Part shown: in pieces, positions 46,854-56,417 of the stretch
Layout: the number at the start of each line of letters is the position of its first letter
How positions within the stretch are numbered: position 1 is the first letter of the stretch
Origin: Candidatus Aenigmatarchaeota archaeon
GTDB lineage: Archaea; Aenigmatarchaeota; Aenigmatarchaeia; QMZP01; QMZT01
Direction of reading: 5' to 3'
Length of the DNA stretch: 64,000 bases
Assembly (NCBI GenBank): GCA_963726265.1
Contig: CAVSBQ010000002.1
Coordinates: 96,229 to 160,228, forward strand
Made by a program: the position numbers and the translations under genes
The notes under the pieces: generated by a model
What the model was told of the DNA's origin: nothing
What the model saw: the letters and a program-made list of their open reading frames with translations, nothing else
Database searches by the model: none

Positions 46854-47735
46854 ATGATTACTGTTGACAGCTCGGTTCTGAAAGAGGTCTACAAGGAACG
46901 CCCCATGTGGAGCCATAAAGGCGACTTCGGCAAGCTGCTCATCATCGGCGGCTCGAAGATTTACACCGGCTCGCCCGCGCTCGTGGCGTATGGCGCGATG
47001 GCCGCGCTGCATGCGGGAGCCGACCTGGTCATGGTCGCCGCGCCGTCGAGGCCGGCGGACATAGCCGCGAAGTTCTCGCCCAACCTCATAACCGAGCCTT
47101 TCGAGGGCGATTTTTTCACGTCCAAGCACGTCAAGCGCGCGCTGGAACTCGCGAAGAAACACGACGCGGTCGCGATAGGCCCGGGCCTGGGAACGGAGAA
47201 GGAGACGCACAGGTTCGTGGTGAAGTTCCTGGAAGGCGTCAGGAAGCCCTGCGTCGTCGACGCGGACGCGCTCAAGGCGCTGCAGAAGAAAAAGCTGCTT
47301 GACAAGTTCCTGCTCACCCCGCACCTCTACGAGTTCTATTACATGACCGGCGAAAAGCCGAAGAACGACGTCCTCGGCAGGGCGGAAACCGTGAAAAAAT
47401 ACGCCAGGAAAACGGGTTCGACCATCCTGCTGAAGGGGGCGATAGACATAATCTCCGACGGGAAGCAGACGGCGATGAACAGGACGGGCAACCCCTACAT
47501 GACGGTCGGCGGAACGGGCGACGTTTTGACCGGCATCTGCGGGGCGCTGCTCGCGCAGAAAGTCCCGCCGTTCAGGGCGGCGTGCGCGGCTGCTTACATG
47601 AACGGCAGGGCAGGCGACCTCGCCGCAAAGGAGAAACGCCCGCTCGTCGCGACGGACGTGATAGGGAAAATCCCCGAAGTCCTGAAGGACGTGCTGCCGG
47701 AGCCGGAGCACGACAAACAAGAGAAAATGGCATAA
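46854..47735 (+). CDS. nnrD: ADP-dependent NAD(P)H-hydrate dehydratase
   Basis: HKGDFG, IGGS..YTG, IGPGLG, VDADAL, LTPH..EF, GGTGDVL. Confidence 0.95.
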   Translation: MITVDSSVLKEVYKERPMWSHKGDFGKLLIIGGSKIYTGSPALVAYGAMAALHAGADLVMVAAPSRPADIAAKFSPNLITEPFEGDFFTSKHVKRALELAKKHDAVAIGPGLGTEKETHRFVVKFLEGVRKPCVVDADALKALQKKKLLDKFLLTPHLYEFYYMTGEKPKNDVLGRAETVKKYARKTGSTILLKGAIDIISDGKQTAMNRTGNPYMTVGGTGDVLTGICGALLAQKVPPFRAACAAAYMNGRAGDLAAKEKRPLVATDVIGKIPEVLKDVLPEPEHDKQEKMA

Positions 47736-47772
47736 ATGTTTTAAATTCTGAAAGCAATTCCCTTCTGATAGC

Positions 47773-48354
47773 ATGGCAAAGGTTATAGGCATCGTCGGCT
47801 CGCCGAGGGACGGGAACACGAAATTCCTCGTTTCCCTCGCTCTCAAGGAATGCGAAAAGCTGGGGCTGGAGACCGAACTGGTCCACATCGGCAGGATGAA
47901 AATCGCGCCGTGCAGCGACTGCGACAGGTGCAGGAAGGAAGGCAGGTGCGTCATAAACGACGACTTCCAGCATGCTGCGGGCAAGCTCGAGCACGCGGAC
48001 GGCATCATAATCGGCTCGCCAGTCTACTTCGGCTGCGTTTCCGCGCAGCTGAAAGCGTTCATGGACAGGACGCGCTACCTGAGGAGAAGCGAAAAGCTCG
48101 CGGACAAGGTCGGCGGAGCCATCGCCATCGGCGGCTCGCGCCAGGGCGGGCAGGAACTCGTCATCCGCCAGATACACAACTTCTATCTCATCCACGGCAT
48201 GCTCGTCGTAGGCGACGAAAAGACGCGGCATTTCGGAGGGACGGGTTACGGGAATGCAAAGGACGCGGCGCAAAACGACGAGGACGGCAAGGAAACTTCG
48301 AGAAACCTGGGCAGGCACGTGGGTCAGGTCGTGCTGAAACTGGCAAAAGAATGA
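47773..48354 (+). CDS. iron-sulfur flavoprotein / flavodoxin-fold FMN reductase
   Basis: GSPRDGNT, CSDCDRC.....C, GSPVYF, GGQE. Confidence 0.9.
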   Translation: MAKVIGIVGSPRDGNTKFLVSLALKECEKLGLETELVHIGRMKIAPCSDCDRCRKEGRCVINDDFQHAAGKLEHADGIIIGSPVYFGCVSAQLKAFMDRTRYLRRSEKLADKVGGAIAIGGSRQGGQELVIRQIHNFYLIHGMLVVGDEKTRHFGGTGYGNAKDAAQNDEDGKETSRNLGRHVGQVVLKLAKE

Positions 48355-48374
48355 AAGGCTGAAAATCAGACCAA

Positions 48375-48527
48375 TCAGATCCACATGCTGAGCCTGAACC
48401 TGCCGAGCTTGTCTTCTATCTTCCACAGCTGCTTGCACTTGGGGCAGTTCACGCTCTTCTCATTGCCTGCGTTGAAATCGTATTCGAAGCTGTGGCCGCA
48501 TGACGAACAACGAAAGTCTTCTCTCAT
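48375..48527 (-). CDS. small zinc-ribbon protein (50 aa)
   Basis: CSSC...CPKC; SD GGGTGA. Confidence 0.7.
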   Translation of the reverse strand: MREDFRCSSCGHSFEYDFNAGNEKSVNCPKCKQLWKIEDKLGRFRLSMWI

Positions 48528-48597
48528 GAATTCACCCTGAAATAATTTAGCTTTCGGATATTTTAAGGCTTGCTTTTGTTTTTTGCATTTTGCCGGC

Positions 48598-48891
48598 TCA
48601 CTGCGCACCGGTATCGGCGTGGAACCTTCCCTCGGGTATCAGCGCCCTGGATACCAGGAAACCCGCAATCACGAGGGCGACCAGAACCACGAGGCCCAGC
48701 ACAGGGCTCGCCGCGTTCTGCGTGTCATTGATAAGGTTGCCGGTGATGTTGCTTGTAATCGCTACGCCGAGGACCAGGAACATGACGACCGCTGCCAGCA
48801 GTATGCCCGCTCTTTCCACGTTCATGCTTGTTTGTTGGCAGTTAGATTTATTAGCATTTATTAGCATTTTGCGGCGCGCGGCATGCGGCAT
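48598..48891 (-). CDS. small two-helix membrane protein
   Basis: Two TM helices separated by ITGNLI; start uncertain. Confidence 0.55.
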   Translation of the reverse strand: MPHAARRKMLINANKSNCQQTSMNVERAGILLAAVVMFLVLGVAITSNITGNLINDTQNAASPVLGLVVLVALVIAGFLVSRALIPEGRFHADTGAQ

Positions 48892-48931
48892 GACACGCTC
48901 CTGTTTTAAAACTTTCGCGTAAATTATTCCC

Positions 48932-49414
48932 ATGACAAATAATTTTCTGCCTCCCAAATACGGCGAATCTATGATCTTTTATACGTGCCGCAAGTTAGGT
49001 GACCCGTTAGATGCTCAGGAAGTGTTCAAATTAATGGATGTGCACCTGAGAAAAGCGAGCCTGCCATCCGGCAACAGGAATTACCTTTTATGGGAAGGAT
49101 ATCATGGCAGAAACGACCCGGAAGGCATGATATCCGTCGAGGTCAACAAGTATTACATAACCGTAAGCTGGACGAACATAATCCCGAGGGAGATAGTAGA
49201 AGGCATAAAATTTATTTATCCCATTTATCCTGACGAACCCCCGATAAGAGCAGAAACGTTGTTTTTGAAAACGGACAAACTTTTCTGGAACGACAATGAG
49301 ATGGCGCCGCTGTGCAAGCAACCTGAACTGGAAAACCACACACGCAAATACGTAAAGCCACAGGCGCTCCCGAAGGGCAAGGGGCAAATTCTGGTCAATG
49401 AAGATTTAATTTAA
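48932..49414 (+). CDS. hypothetical protein
   Basis: 160-aa ORF filling the gap; lower GC than neighbours. Confidence 0.55.
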   Translation: MTNNFLPPKYGESMIFYTCRKLGDPLDAQEVFKLMDVHLRKASLPSGNRNYLLWEGYHGRNDPEGMISVEVNKYYITVSWTNIIPREIVEGIKFIYPIYPDEPPIRAETLFLKTDKLFWNDNEMAPLCKQPELENHTRKYVKPQALPKGKGQILVNEDLI

Positions 49415-49453
49415 ATCATACCTATATAACAATATTTAATACGTTTTCAGACG

Positions 49454-52400
49454 ATGCTTATGGAGAAATACGAGCCGCGCAGACTTCAGGAGGAGATTCT
49501 GGAATTCTGGGCAGAAAATAAAATCCCCGACCAGATCGTCCGCTTCGACCCGAAGACGCTGGGCCCGGGCAGGACGAAGTTCTATCTACTCGACGGCCCG
49601 CCCTACGTGAACGGCGTCCCGCATGTCGGCCACGTGAAAACCACGACGACGAAGGACATATGGTCGAAATTCAGGATGATGCAGGGCCACCAGAGCTGGT
49701 GGCAGCCGGGCTTCGACTGTGGAGGCCTGCCCATCGAACACGCGGTCGAGAAGAAGCTCGGCGTGAAATCGAAGAAGGACATAACCGAAAGGATAGGCAT
49801 AGACAAATTCATCGATGAATGCAAGGCCATGGCCGAAGGCAACAAAAACGTATGGCTAAGCACGTACAAGCAGCTGGGCGCCTGGCGCGGCTGGCTCGAG
49901 CCCTACATGACTTACAAGAATTATTATCTCGAAAGCGGCTGGTGGACGGTCAAGAAGATGTGGGAGAAAGGCATGCTCGTCGAAGGCGAGAAGCCGGTGT
50001 TCTGGTGCCCGAGGTGCGAGACCACGCTATCCGGCTATGAGGTCACGGATTCCTACACCGACGTCACGGACGACTCGCTCTACGTCAAATTCCCCCTGCT
50101 GGGCCAGGAGCACACCTTCCTCATCATCTGGACCACGACGCCGTGGACGCTTCCAGGGAACGTCGCCATCGCGGTCCATCCGGACGAGACTTATGTAAAG
50201 GCCAAGGTGAGAGGCGAATTTTACATCCTTGCGGAGAAGCGGCTGAAGGACGTGTTCAAGGAGCTGGAAATAGGGCATTATGAAGTGGTGGAGAAATTCA
50301 AGGGCAAGACGCTCGCCGGAATGAAATACGAGCCCGTGCTGCACATCCCCGTTCAGGAATCGCTGTCCAAGAACCCGGCAGCGCATCAGGTCATTCTTTC
50401 CATTCCCCTTTTCAAGAAAGGCGTTTCAGGCAAGCTTCTAGCAAAGGCTTCTGTAAAAACGGATGAGACGACGGAGAACGTCGAGGACTTCGTGACCATG
50501 GACGCTGGAAGCGGATGCGTGCACACCGCTCCGGGCCACGGAGAGACCGACTTCCGCATGGGCGAGCATTACAACCTTCCCAGCCCGTCGCCGGTCGACG
50601 ACGAGGGCAAGCTCACGCAGGACGCCGGGCCTTTCGCCGGCTTGTTCGTCAAGGACGCGGACCGCAAAATAATAGAATACCTCGAGGAGCGCGGCCATCT
50701 CCTCAAGGTCGTCAAGATAACGCACTCGTATCCCTTGTGCTGGAGGTGCAAGACGCCGCTTATCTACCGCCTGAGTAAACAGTGGTTCCTCTCCGTGGAC
50801 ACGATAAAGGAGAAGATGCTCAAGGACAACAAGAGCGTGAAGTGGCTTCCGGGCTTCGCCGGCGAGCGCTTCCACAACTGGCTTGAGAACGCGAATGACT
50901 GGGCCGTTTCCGTGCAGCGCTTCTGGGGCATACCCTTGCCCATATGGATATGCGAAGCATGCGGCAGCAAGGACATCATCGGCTCGCGCAAGGAGCTGAA
51001 GGAGAAGGCGATGGAAAGGATTGACGAGGACGTCGACCTGCACAAGAATTCTGTTGACAAGATTCATCTTAAATGCCAGCAGTGCGGAAAACGCATGACG
51101 CGCGTGGCGGACACCATGAACGTCTGGTTCGACTCCGGCATCTCGCCGTGGGCGTCCCTCGGCTACCCGTTCAAGAACAAGCAGCTGTTCGAGACGCTCT
51201 GGCCGGTCGACATGATATGCGAGTCGCAGGACCAGATAAGGGGATGGTTCTACTCGCTCATGTTCTGCGGGGTCGCCGCTTTCGACAGGAAGCCCTACGA
51301 GGCGGTGAGCATGACGGGCTGGACACTCGACGAGAAAGGCGAGAAGATGTCCAAATCGCTGGGCAACGTAGTCTACGCCGAGGATGCGTTAAAGGCGGTC
51401 GAGGCCGATGTCCTGCGCCTTTATTATTGCTGGTCCGTCGCTCCCTGGGACACGCAGCTTTTCTCGTTGAAGATCGCGAAGGAGTTGCGACGCGTGTTGG
51501 ACGTCCTCTGGAACACGAGCGTCTTCGCCGAAAGCTATGCCGACCCGGAGCTTGCCAAGGAGAAGGTGAACCTGAAGAAACTCGATATCGAAGACAGATG
51601 GATAATCTCCCGCCTGAATTCGCTGATAAAGAGCACGACAGACGACCTCGAGAACTTCAGGCTGCATTACGTAGGCAAGAATTTCGAGGCATTCATACTC
51701 AACGACTTCTCGCGCTGGTACATCAAGCTGGTGCGCGACCGCCTGTCGCCGTGGCACGAAGGCGCAGACAAGCGAAGCGCGCAGTTCACCGTGCTTTACG
51801 TGCTCGAAAATCTCGCAAGGCTCATGGCGCCAGTCACGCCGTTCATCACCGAGAAGATTTACAGGAAGCTTTTCTTTTCCAAGGGCAGGCCCGTGTCCGT
51901 CCATCTCTGCTCGTGGCCTAAAGCGGACGACGGCCTGGTGGACACGGAACTGGAGACGGCGATGGAGTTCGCGAAGGCGGCGATAGAAGCCGCGAATGCG
52001 CTGCGCCAGAAGCTTGAAATAAAGCTCAAGTGGCCAGTGACCGAGCTTTTCGTGAGGGCGAAGGACGAGCTCACGGAGAAAGCGCTCGTCAGCATGGAGC
52101 CTGTCCTGAAGAGCATGGCAAACGCAGAAAAGGTCACGTTCGTGAAAAGCATCGGCCATAAGGAGCACAAAGAAGGCGGGAAAACGCTCGCCTTCGAATA
52201 CGGGGAGATCGCGCTCGGCGAAGTCCTCGAGGACAAGGCGTTCGCTCGAGAACTCATGAGGACGATACAGGTTGCGAGGAAGAAGGACGGCCTGAACGTG
52301 AAGGAAAGGATAGAGCTCTGGGTCGAGGCTGAAGGCAAGACGGAGAAGATGTTCGAGCAGAGCAGGGACATGATAGCGAAGGAAGTCGGCGCGGCAAAAG

Positions 52401-52504
52401 TCCATCACGGCCTTCCGCACAAGGTCGGGATAAAGGGCACGCTGGACTTCGAGGGGAAGAAAGTCAGGGTTTATTTTGAGAAGGCGGAGAAAAGCGTAAA
52501 ATAA
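49454..52504 (+). CDS. ileS: isoleucine--tRNA ligase
   Basis: DGPPYVNGVPHVGH, WTTTPWTLPGN, VHTAPGHG, DQIRGWF, KMSKS. Confidence 0.97.
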   Translation: MLMEKYEPRRLQEEILEFWAENKIPDQIVRFDPKTLGPGRTKFYLLDGPPYVNGVPHVGHVKTTTTKDIWSKFRMMQGHQSWWQPGFDCGGLPIEHAVEKKLGVKSKKDITERIGIDKFIDECKAMAEGNKNVWLSTYKQLGAWRGWLEPYMTYKNYYLESGWWTVKKMWEKGMLVEGEKPVFWCPRCETTLSGYEVTDSYTDVTDDSLYVKFPLLGQEHTFLIIWTTTPWTLPGNVAIAVHPDETYVKAKVRGEFYILAEKRLKDVFKELEIGHYEVVEKFKGKTLAGMKYEPVLHIPVQESLSKNPAAHQVILSIPLFKKGVSGKLLAKASVKTDETTENVEDFVTMDAGSGCVHTAPGHGETDFRMGEHYNLPSPSPVDDEGKLTQDAGPFAGLFVKDADRKIIEYLEERGHLLKVVKITHSYPLCWRCKTPLIYRLSKQWFLSVDTIKEKMLKDNKSVKWLPGFAGERFHNWLENANDWAVSVQRFWGIPLPIWICEACGSKDIIGSRKELKEKAMERIDEDVDLHKNSVDKIHLKCQQCGKRMTRVADTMNVWFDSGISPWASLGYPFKNKQLFETLWPVDMICESQDQIRGWFYSLMFCGVAAFDRKPYEAVSMTGWTLDEKGEKMSKSLGNVVYAEDALKAVEADVLRLYYCWSVAPWDTQLFSLKIAKELRRVLDVLWNTSVFAESYADPELAKEKVNLKKLDIEDRWIISRLNSLIKSTTDDLENFRLHYVGKNFEAFILNDFSRWYIKLVRDRLSPWHEGADKRSAQFTVLYVLENLARLMAPVTPFITEKIYRKLFFSKGRPVSVHLCSWPKADDGLVDTELETAMEFAKAAIEAANALRQKLEIKLKWPVTELFVRAKDELTEKALVSMEPVLKSMANAEKVTFVKSIGHKEHKEGGKTLAFEYGEIALGEVLEDKAFARELMRTIQVARKKDGLNVKERIELWVEAEGKTEKMFEQSRDMIAKEVGAAKVHHGLPHKVGIKGTLDFEGKKVRVYFEKAEKSVK

Positions 52505-52512
52505 ACCGAAAA

Positions 52513-52767
52513 TCAAGGAATTTCCACTTTAAAGTTATTGACACCAAAAAACTTGTTAACCTCAGCTTCATACATCTCTTTAGTCAACGTGTACGTGGTT
52601 TTACATACCGGGCATGGTATTTTTAACGCACCGGGAGGGAACATAAGAATAACTTCAAGTAGGCTTTTGTTTCTGTAGAAAAGATGTTCCTGAGAATATT
52701 GTTTACAACCATCCTCTATTATAAAATGTTCGCGATCATCAGATATTGAAAACATCAGTTTTCCCAT
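52513..52767 (-). CDS. hypothetical protein with CPVC motif (AT-rich ORFan)
   Basis: 84-aa ORF with its own TATA-like element. Confidence 0.5.
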   Translation of the reverse strand: MGKLMFSISDDREHFIIEDGCKQYSQEHLFYRNKSLLEVILMFPPGALKIPCPVCKTTYTLTKEMYEAEVNKFFGVNNFKVEIP

Positions 52768-52864
52768 ATAAAAACAGTCAAAGTAAGTTTTAAAAACCTT
52801 AAGCTCAGTCCTCTAAACTATTTTAACCTTTTTGTCAATAATATATCAAGGACGTGCATAAAAC

Positions 52865-53101
52865 ATGGGAGCGAAAGCGGTCATCTGGCCCGTAATCGTG
52901 TTTCTGATATTCGTCGGTCTTTACGCTCTCGGCATCGTTCCGGGCTACTGGACGCTGATGATAGCCGTCATATTCATAGTGGTCGGGTTCGTCGTGGGCT
53001 TCCTGCTGCTCGGCTCCGGCCAGGAAAGCATGTGGATGGGCGTTCCCATGCTAATCCTGGGCATAATCCTGCTAATCTTGGTCTATTTTTTTCCCAGGTA
53101 G
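52865..53101 (+). CDS. small membrane protein (three hydrophobic helices)
   Basis: Almost entirely hydrophobic; host-like codon usage. Confidence 0.7.
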   Translation: MGAKAVIWPVIVFLIFVGLYALGIVPGYWTLMIAVIFIVVGFVVGFLLLGSGQESMWMGVPMLILGIILLILVYFFPR

Positions 53102-53167
53102 TCTTCCCGGGGCAGCAGTTAATTTGCCTCCTGAAAAGCTTTTAAAACCCCGGTGGCAACAAGGTTT

Positions 53168-54217
53168 ATGCTGCCAGAAAAAATCATAGGCAAACCGGAC
53201 ACGAAAAAAATAAGGGCATGGATGAGCGCGAAGGGCAGGAAAGTCCTCGCATACCACAGGGACGCGGACGGCGTCTGCTCTGCCGCTCTGTTCCTCAAGT
53301 TCTTTCCGGATTTCAGCACGCTCCCCAGGGAAGGCCCGATAATCGACGACAAATTATTCAGGGAGCTCGCGGCGAAAAGGCCGGACGTCCTCGTTTTCCT
53401 GGACATACCCGTGGACCAGGAATGGAAGAAAATCCTGAAGCTGAGGACCAAGCTGCCGAAGCTGAAGATAATGATACTCGACCACCACATCCCCGTGAGG
53501 GACATGAATTCCGACGGCGTCATCCACATAAATCCGATGTTCTGCGGGGACGTCTACATCCCTGCTTCGTGCGTCGTCTATAGCCTGCTCCAGCAAATGG
53601 GCTTCAAGATCGAGCAGTTCATGTGGATATCGCTCATAGGCATAATAGGCGACTACGGCATGAAGGACTGCGACTGGATGTTCAACGAATACAGGAAAGC
53701 CGGCATGGAGCCTCCGTGCGAATTGCTTTTCCGCGCGTCGGACATAATCTCATCCGCCATAACGCTCAAGGGAGTCGAGGGCGCGGAAAAATCGCTGAAG
53801 CTCATCGTCCAGAGCGCCCGCTTCGATGAGCTGAAAAGGTCATACCAGCTGAACAGGTGGAACACCGTCGTGCAGGCGGAGGTCAGGAAAATAGTCACGG
53901 ACTTCGAGAAAAACAGGGAAACGGTTCCGGGCAAAAGGCTGATATTCTACGAGTTGCACAGCAAAATGAACATCACCTCGATAATAGCGACCATCACCGC
54001 CGAGAAGCATCCGGACGACATAATCATAATAAGGAAAAGGTCCGGTGACAACTGGAAGATTTCGCTGCGCTACCAGGCGGGCAGCATAAGCGTGGGCGAC
54101 CTGGCGAAGTTCGCTTCTGACGGCATCGGCTCGGGCGGAGGCCATGTTAAATCTGCCGGGGCGCTGGTCAACGACTGGAACGGGTTCAGGAAAAGGGTCT
54201 TCGAATACGTCGGCTGA
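53168..54217 (+). CDS. DHH/DHHA1 phosphoesterase (RecJ-like)
   Basis: HRDADG, LD, ILDHH, GIIGD, GGGHVKSAG. Confidence 0.9.
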   Translation: MLPEKIIGKPDTKKIRAWMSAKGRKVLAYHRDADGVCSAALFLKFFPDFSTLPREGPIIDDKLFRELAAKRPDVLVFLDIPVDQEWKKILKLRTKLPKLKIMILDHHIPVRDMNSDGVIHINPMFCGDVYIPASCVVYSLLQQMGFKIEQFMWISLIGIIGDYGMKDCDWMFNEYRKAGMEPPCELLFRASDIISSAITLKGVEGAEKSLKLIVQSARFDELKRSYQLNRWNTVVQAEVRKIVTDFEKNRETVPGKRLIFYELHSKMNITSIIATITAEKHPDDIIIIRKRSGDNWKISLRYQAGSISVGDLAKFASDGIGSGGGHVKSAGALVNDWNGFRKRVFEYVG

Positions 54218-54288
54218 ACCCGAAACGCGGCGAGGGGAATGCGAATTTTCTGCCCAATATTTATATGAATATACTATTCCATGCTGCC

Positions 54289-54360
54289 CAGGCCGTACCC
54301 ACCCCCCTTCCCGGAACATTAACCGTTTGTTGGAACGACCTGAAAATCAACTAATTTTTT
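54289..54360 (+). ncRNA. candidate small structured RNA
   Basis: TTTATATG at 54260; long imperfect hairpin 54289-54342 starting at the expected TSS; T6 tract at 54355-54360. Confidence 0.3.
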
Positions 54361-54410
54361 ACACGGATGTCCTATTTGATCAGTCCAAATACAGCCGTGC
54401 ACAAGCGGCG

Positions 54411-55238
54411 TCACTCGCCCGCTTTTATGAACTTGATGTTCGCGTAGCCTTCGAAGGCGTCGTGGCTTCCGGGGTAGTCGCCGGTCGTGCTGTCGACTAT
54501 GATGTAGAATGAGTTAACGCTCTTGCCGCTTTCCAGCGTGTTCTGGAGCGTTTCGCAGTCTTCGTGCGTGTCTCCGAAGACGACGAAGTTGAACTCCTTC
54601 TCGCTGAAATAGGGCGTGTATTTCTCGAGTATGGTCTTGTAGAGCTTCAGGAACGAGTCAAGGTCCTGCTCGATATGAAGGATGACGAAGACATGGCCTT
54701 TATCCGGGTTGTAGACCTCGACTATGCTCGCGTCGAGGCCGACCGCCTCGTACATGCTGCTCAGCAGGACCGAAAAGTCGTCGCAGTCGCCTCCCATGGC
54801 CTCCCAGGTTTCGAGCGGCTCGGCTATGTAGTCGTCCTTCCTAGGATCGGAAACGTAGCGTATGTTGTTGGAAATCTCGTTGTAGATGCCGAAGACCTTG
54901 GTGGCCGGGGCGTTGGGCACGGCATACTTTACGACCGATTTCACCGCCAGGTTGCGGACCGCGGTGATGTTGACTTTGGAAGAGAACGTCTCGTCTTCGT
55001 CCATGCTCACGTTCCAGAAACATCTCCACTGTTTACGAAAAGCGACGGGCTCCTTGCAGTAGCACGAATTCTCGGTCACGTAGGCGACTTCCCCCTTTTC
55101 CGAGCACAGCCTTTCGCATTGCTGGTCAGCCGTGAGCGTCGCGCCTATGAACGTGTCCTCTATGAACTTCAGCTCAAAGGCCAGGCCGGCAAGAAGGACG
55201 GCAATAATGGCGACGAGAATCACCTTCTGCGCGTCCAT
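54411..55238 (-). CDS. membrane-anchored transglutaminase-like protein
   Basis: N-terminal TM helix; GDCDDFSVLL, GHVF, VDST. Confidence 0.8.
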   Translation of the reverse strand: MDAQKVILVAIIAVLLAGLAFELKFIEDTFIGATLTADQQCERLCSEKGEVAYVTENSCYCKEPVAFRKQWRCFWNVSMDEDETFSSKVNITAVRNLAVKSVVKYAVPNAPATKVFGIYNEISNNIRYVSDPRKDDYIAEPLETWEAMGGDCDDFSVLLSSMYEAVGLDASIVEVYNPDKGHVFVILHIEQDLDSFLKLYKTILEKYTPYFSEKEFNFVVFGDTHEDCETLQNTLESGKSVNSFYIIVDSTTGDYPGSHDAFEGYANIKFIKAGE

Positions 55239-55319
55239 ATTAAATATTGAACAGGCCTTTTATAAAAAACGGGACCAAATACAAATAAAAACACAGAAAA
55301 CAAAACCAAAGTGATTCTC

Positions 55320-56417
55320 ATGAAGGCATACGTTGCGGCCAACATCTGCGGGGTTTTCGCGTTCGACGAAAGGGGAAAAACAATTGCCAAAAAACTGTTC
55401 CCGAAAAACCCGGAAGCGATAGCCGAAAGGCTAGCCAAGGCGAGGAGTGGCGAAGTCATAGAAGAAGAACGCGCGGTCATCGATGAACTGAGGGAAGCCG
55501 GCTGCCACGAAATCGTGTGGGACAAGGTCGCGCAAATCGACGGGCTTAAAACCAGTTGCGAACTGGAGAACAAGGGCAAGGAATTCGCAGGCGACTTCCG
55601 TAAGCTCGCGCTTGAAAGCGGGTGGACGGAAAGCCAGGCCGAACTGAACGCGCTCATGACCAAGGTCAGCATAATCCTTTCGGGCAAGAAAATCAAGGCC
55701 GTCAGCAAGGACAGGGTCATAATCCAGGTCATCGGCGTCGTGGACGAGCTTGACGCCGACCTCAACTCGCTTTACGAGCGCCTGCGCGAATGGTATGGCC
55801 TGCACTTCCCGGAGCTGGGACGCGAGGTGAAGGCGCACGAGAAGTTCGCGGAGCTTATCCAAAAATACGGTGGAAGGGAACGCATGAAAGGCAGCGAATT
55901 CGCTAAACTCGCATCCCGCTCGGTTGGCATGGATTTCAGCGAAGACGATGCGGAAAGTGTCATGGTTTTTTCAAAATCGGTTCTTGAAATGACGAAAGCG
56001 AAAGACAGGCTTTCGAAATACCTCGAAGGCGTGTGCAGGGAAACGATGCCCAATCTTTCGGCCATCGCCGGCCCGCTGCTCGCATCGCGCCTGGTCGCCC
56101 AGGCGGGCGGGCTCGAGAAAATCGCGAAGATGCCCAGTTCGACGATACAGCTGCTCGGCGCAGAAAAAGCGCTGTTCCGCCACCTGAGGGGCGAAGGAAG
56201 GGCGCCGAAATACGGCGTGCTCTTCGGTCACCCGCTCATCCAGCAGGCACCGAAGCATCTCAGAGGCAAGGTCGCAAGGCTCATATCGGCGAAGCTCAGC
56301 CTCGCGGCCAAGATGGATTTCTATTCCAAGAGGGACGACAGCAGGCAGATGAAAGAGGACATGGAAAGGAAAGTGGCAGGCCTCATTAAAGGTTCCAGCG
56401 GAGATGCAGACCAATGA
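55320..56417 (+). CDS. nop5: C/D box sRNP protein Nop5
   Basis: RLREWYGLHFPEL, MPSSTIQLLGAEKALFRHL, PKYGVLF. Confidence 0.95.
   Translation: MKAYVAANICGVFAFDERGKTIAKKLFPKNPEAIAERLAKARSGEVIEEERAVIDELREAGCHEIVWDKVAQIDGLKTSCELENKGKEFAGDFRKLALESGWTESQAELNALMTKVSIILSGKKIKAVSKDRVIIQVIGVVDELDADLNSLYERLREWYGLHFPELGREVKAHEKFAELIQKYGGRERMKGSEFAKLASRSVGMDFSEDDAESVMVFSKSVLEMTKAKDRLSKYLEGVCRETMPNLSAIAGPLLASRLVAQAGGLEKIAKMPSSTIQLLGAEKALFRHLRGEGRAPKYGVLFGHPLIQQAPKHLRGKVARLISAKLSLAAKMDFYSKRDDSRQMKEDMERKVAGLIKGSSGDADQ

Noticed and set aside
48842-48892. Short tandem repeats TTAGCATTTA and GCGGCAT
   Set aside because: Two to three short copies without spacers; slippage duplications, not CRISPR or iterons.
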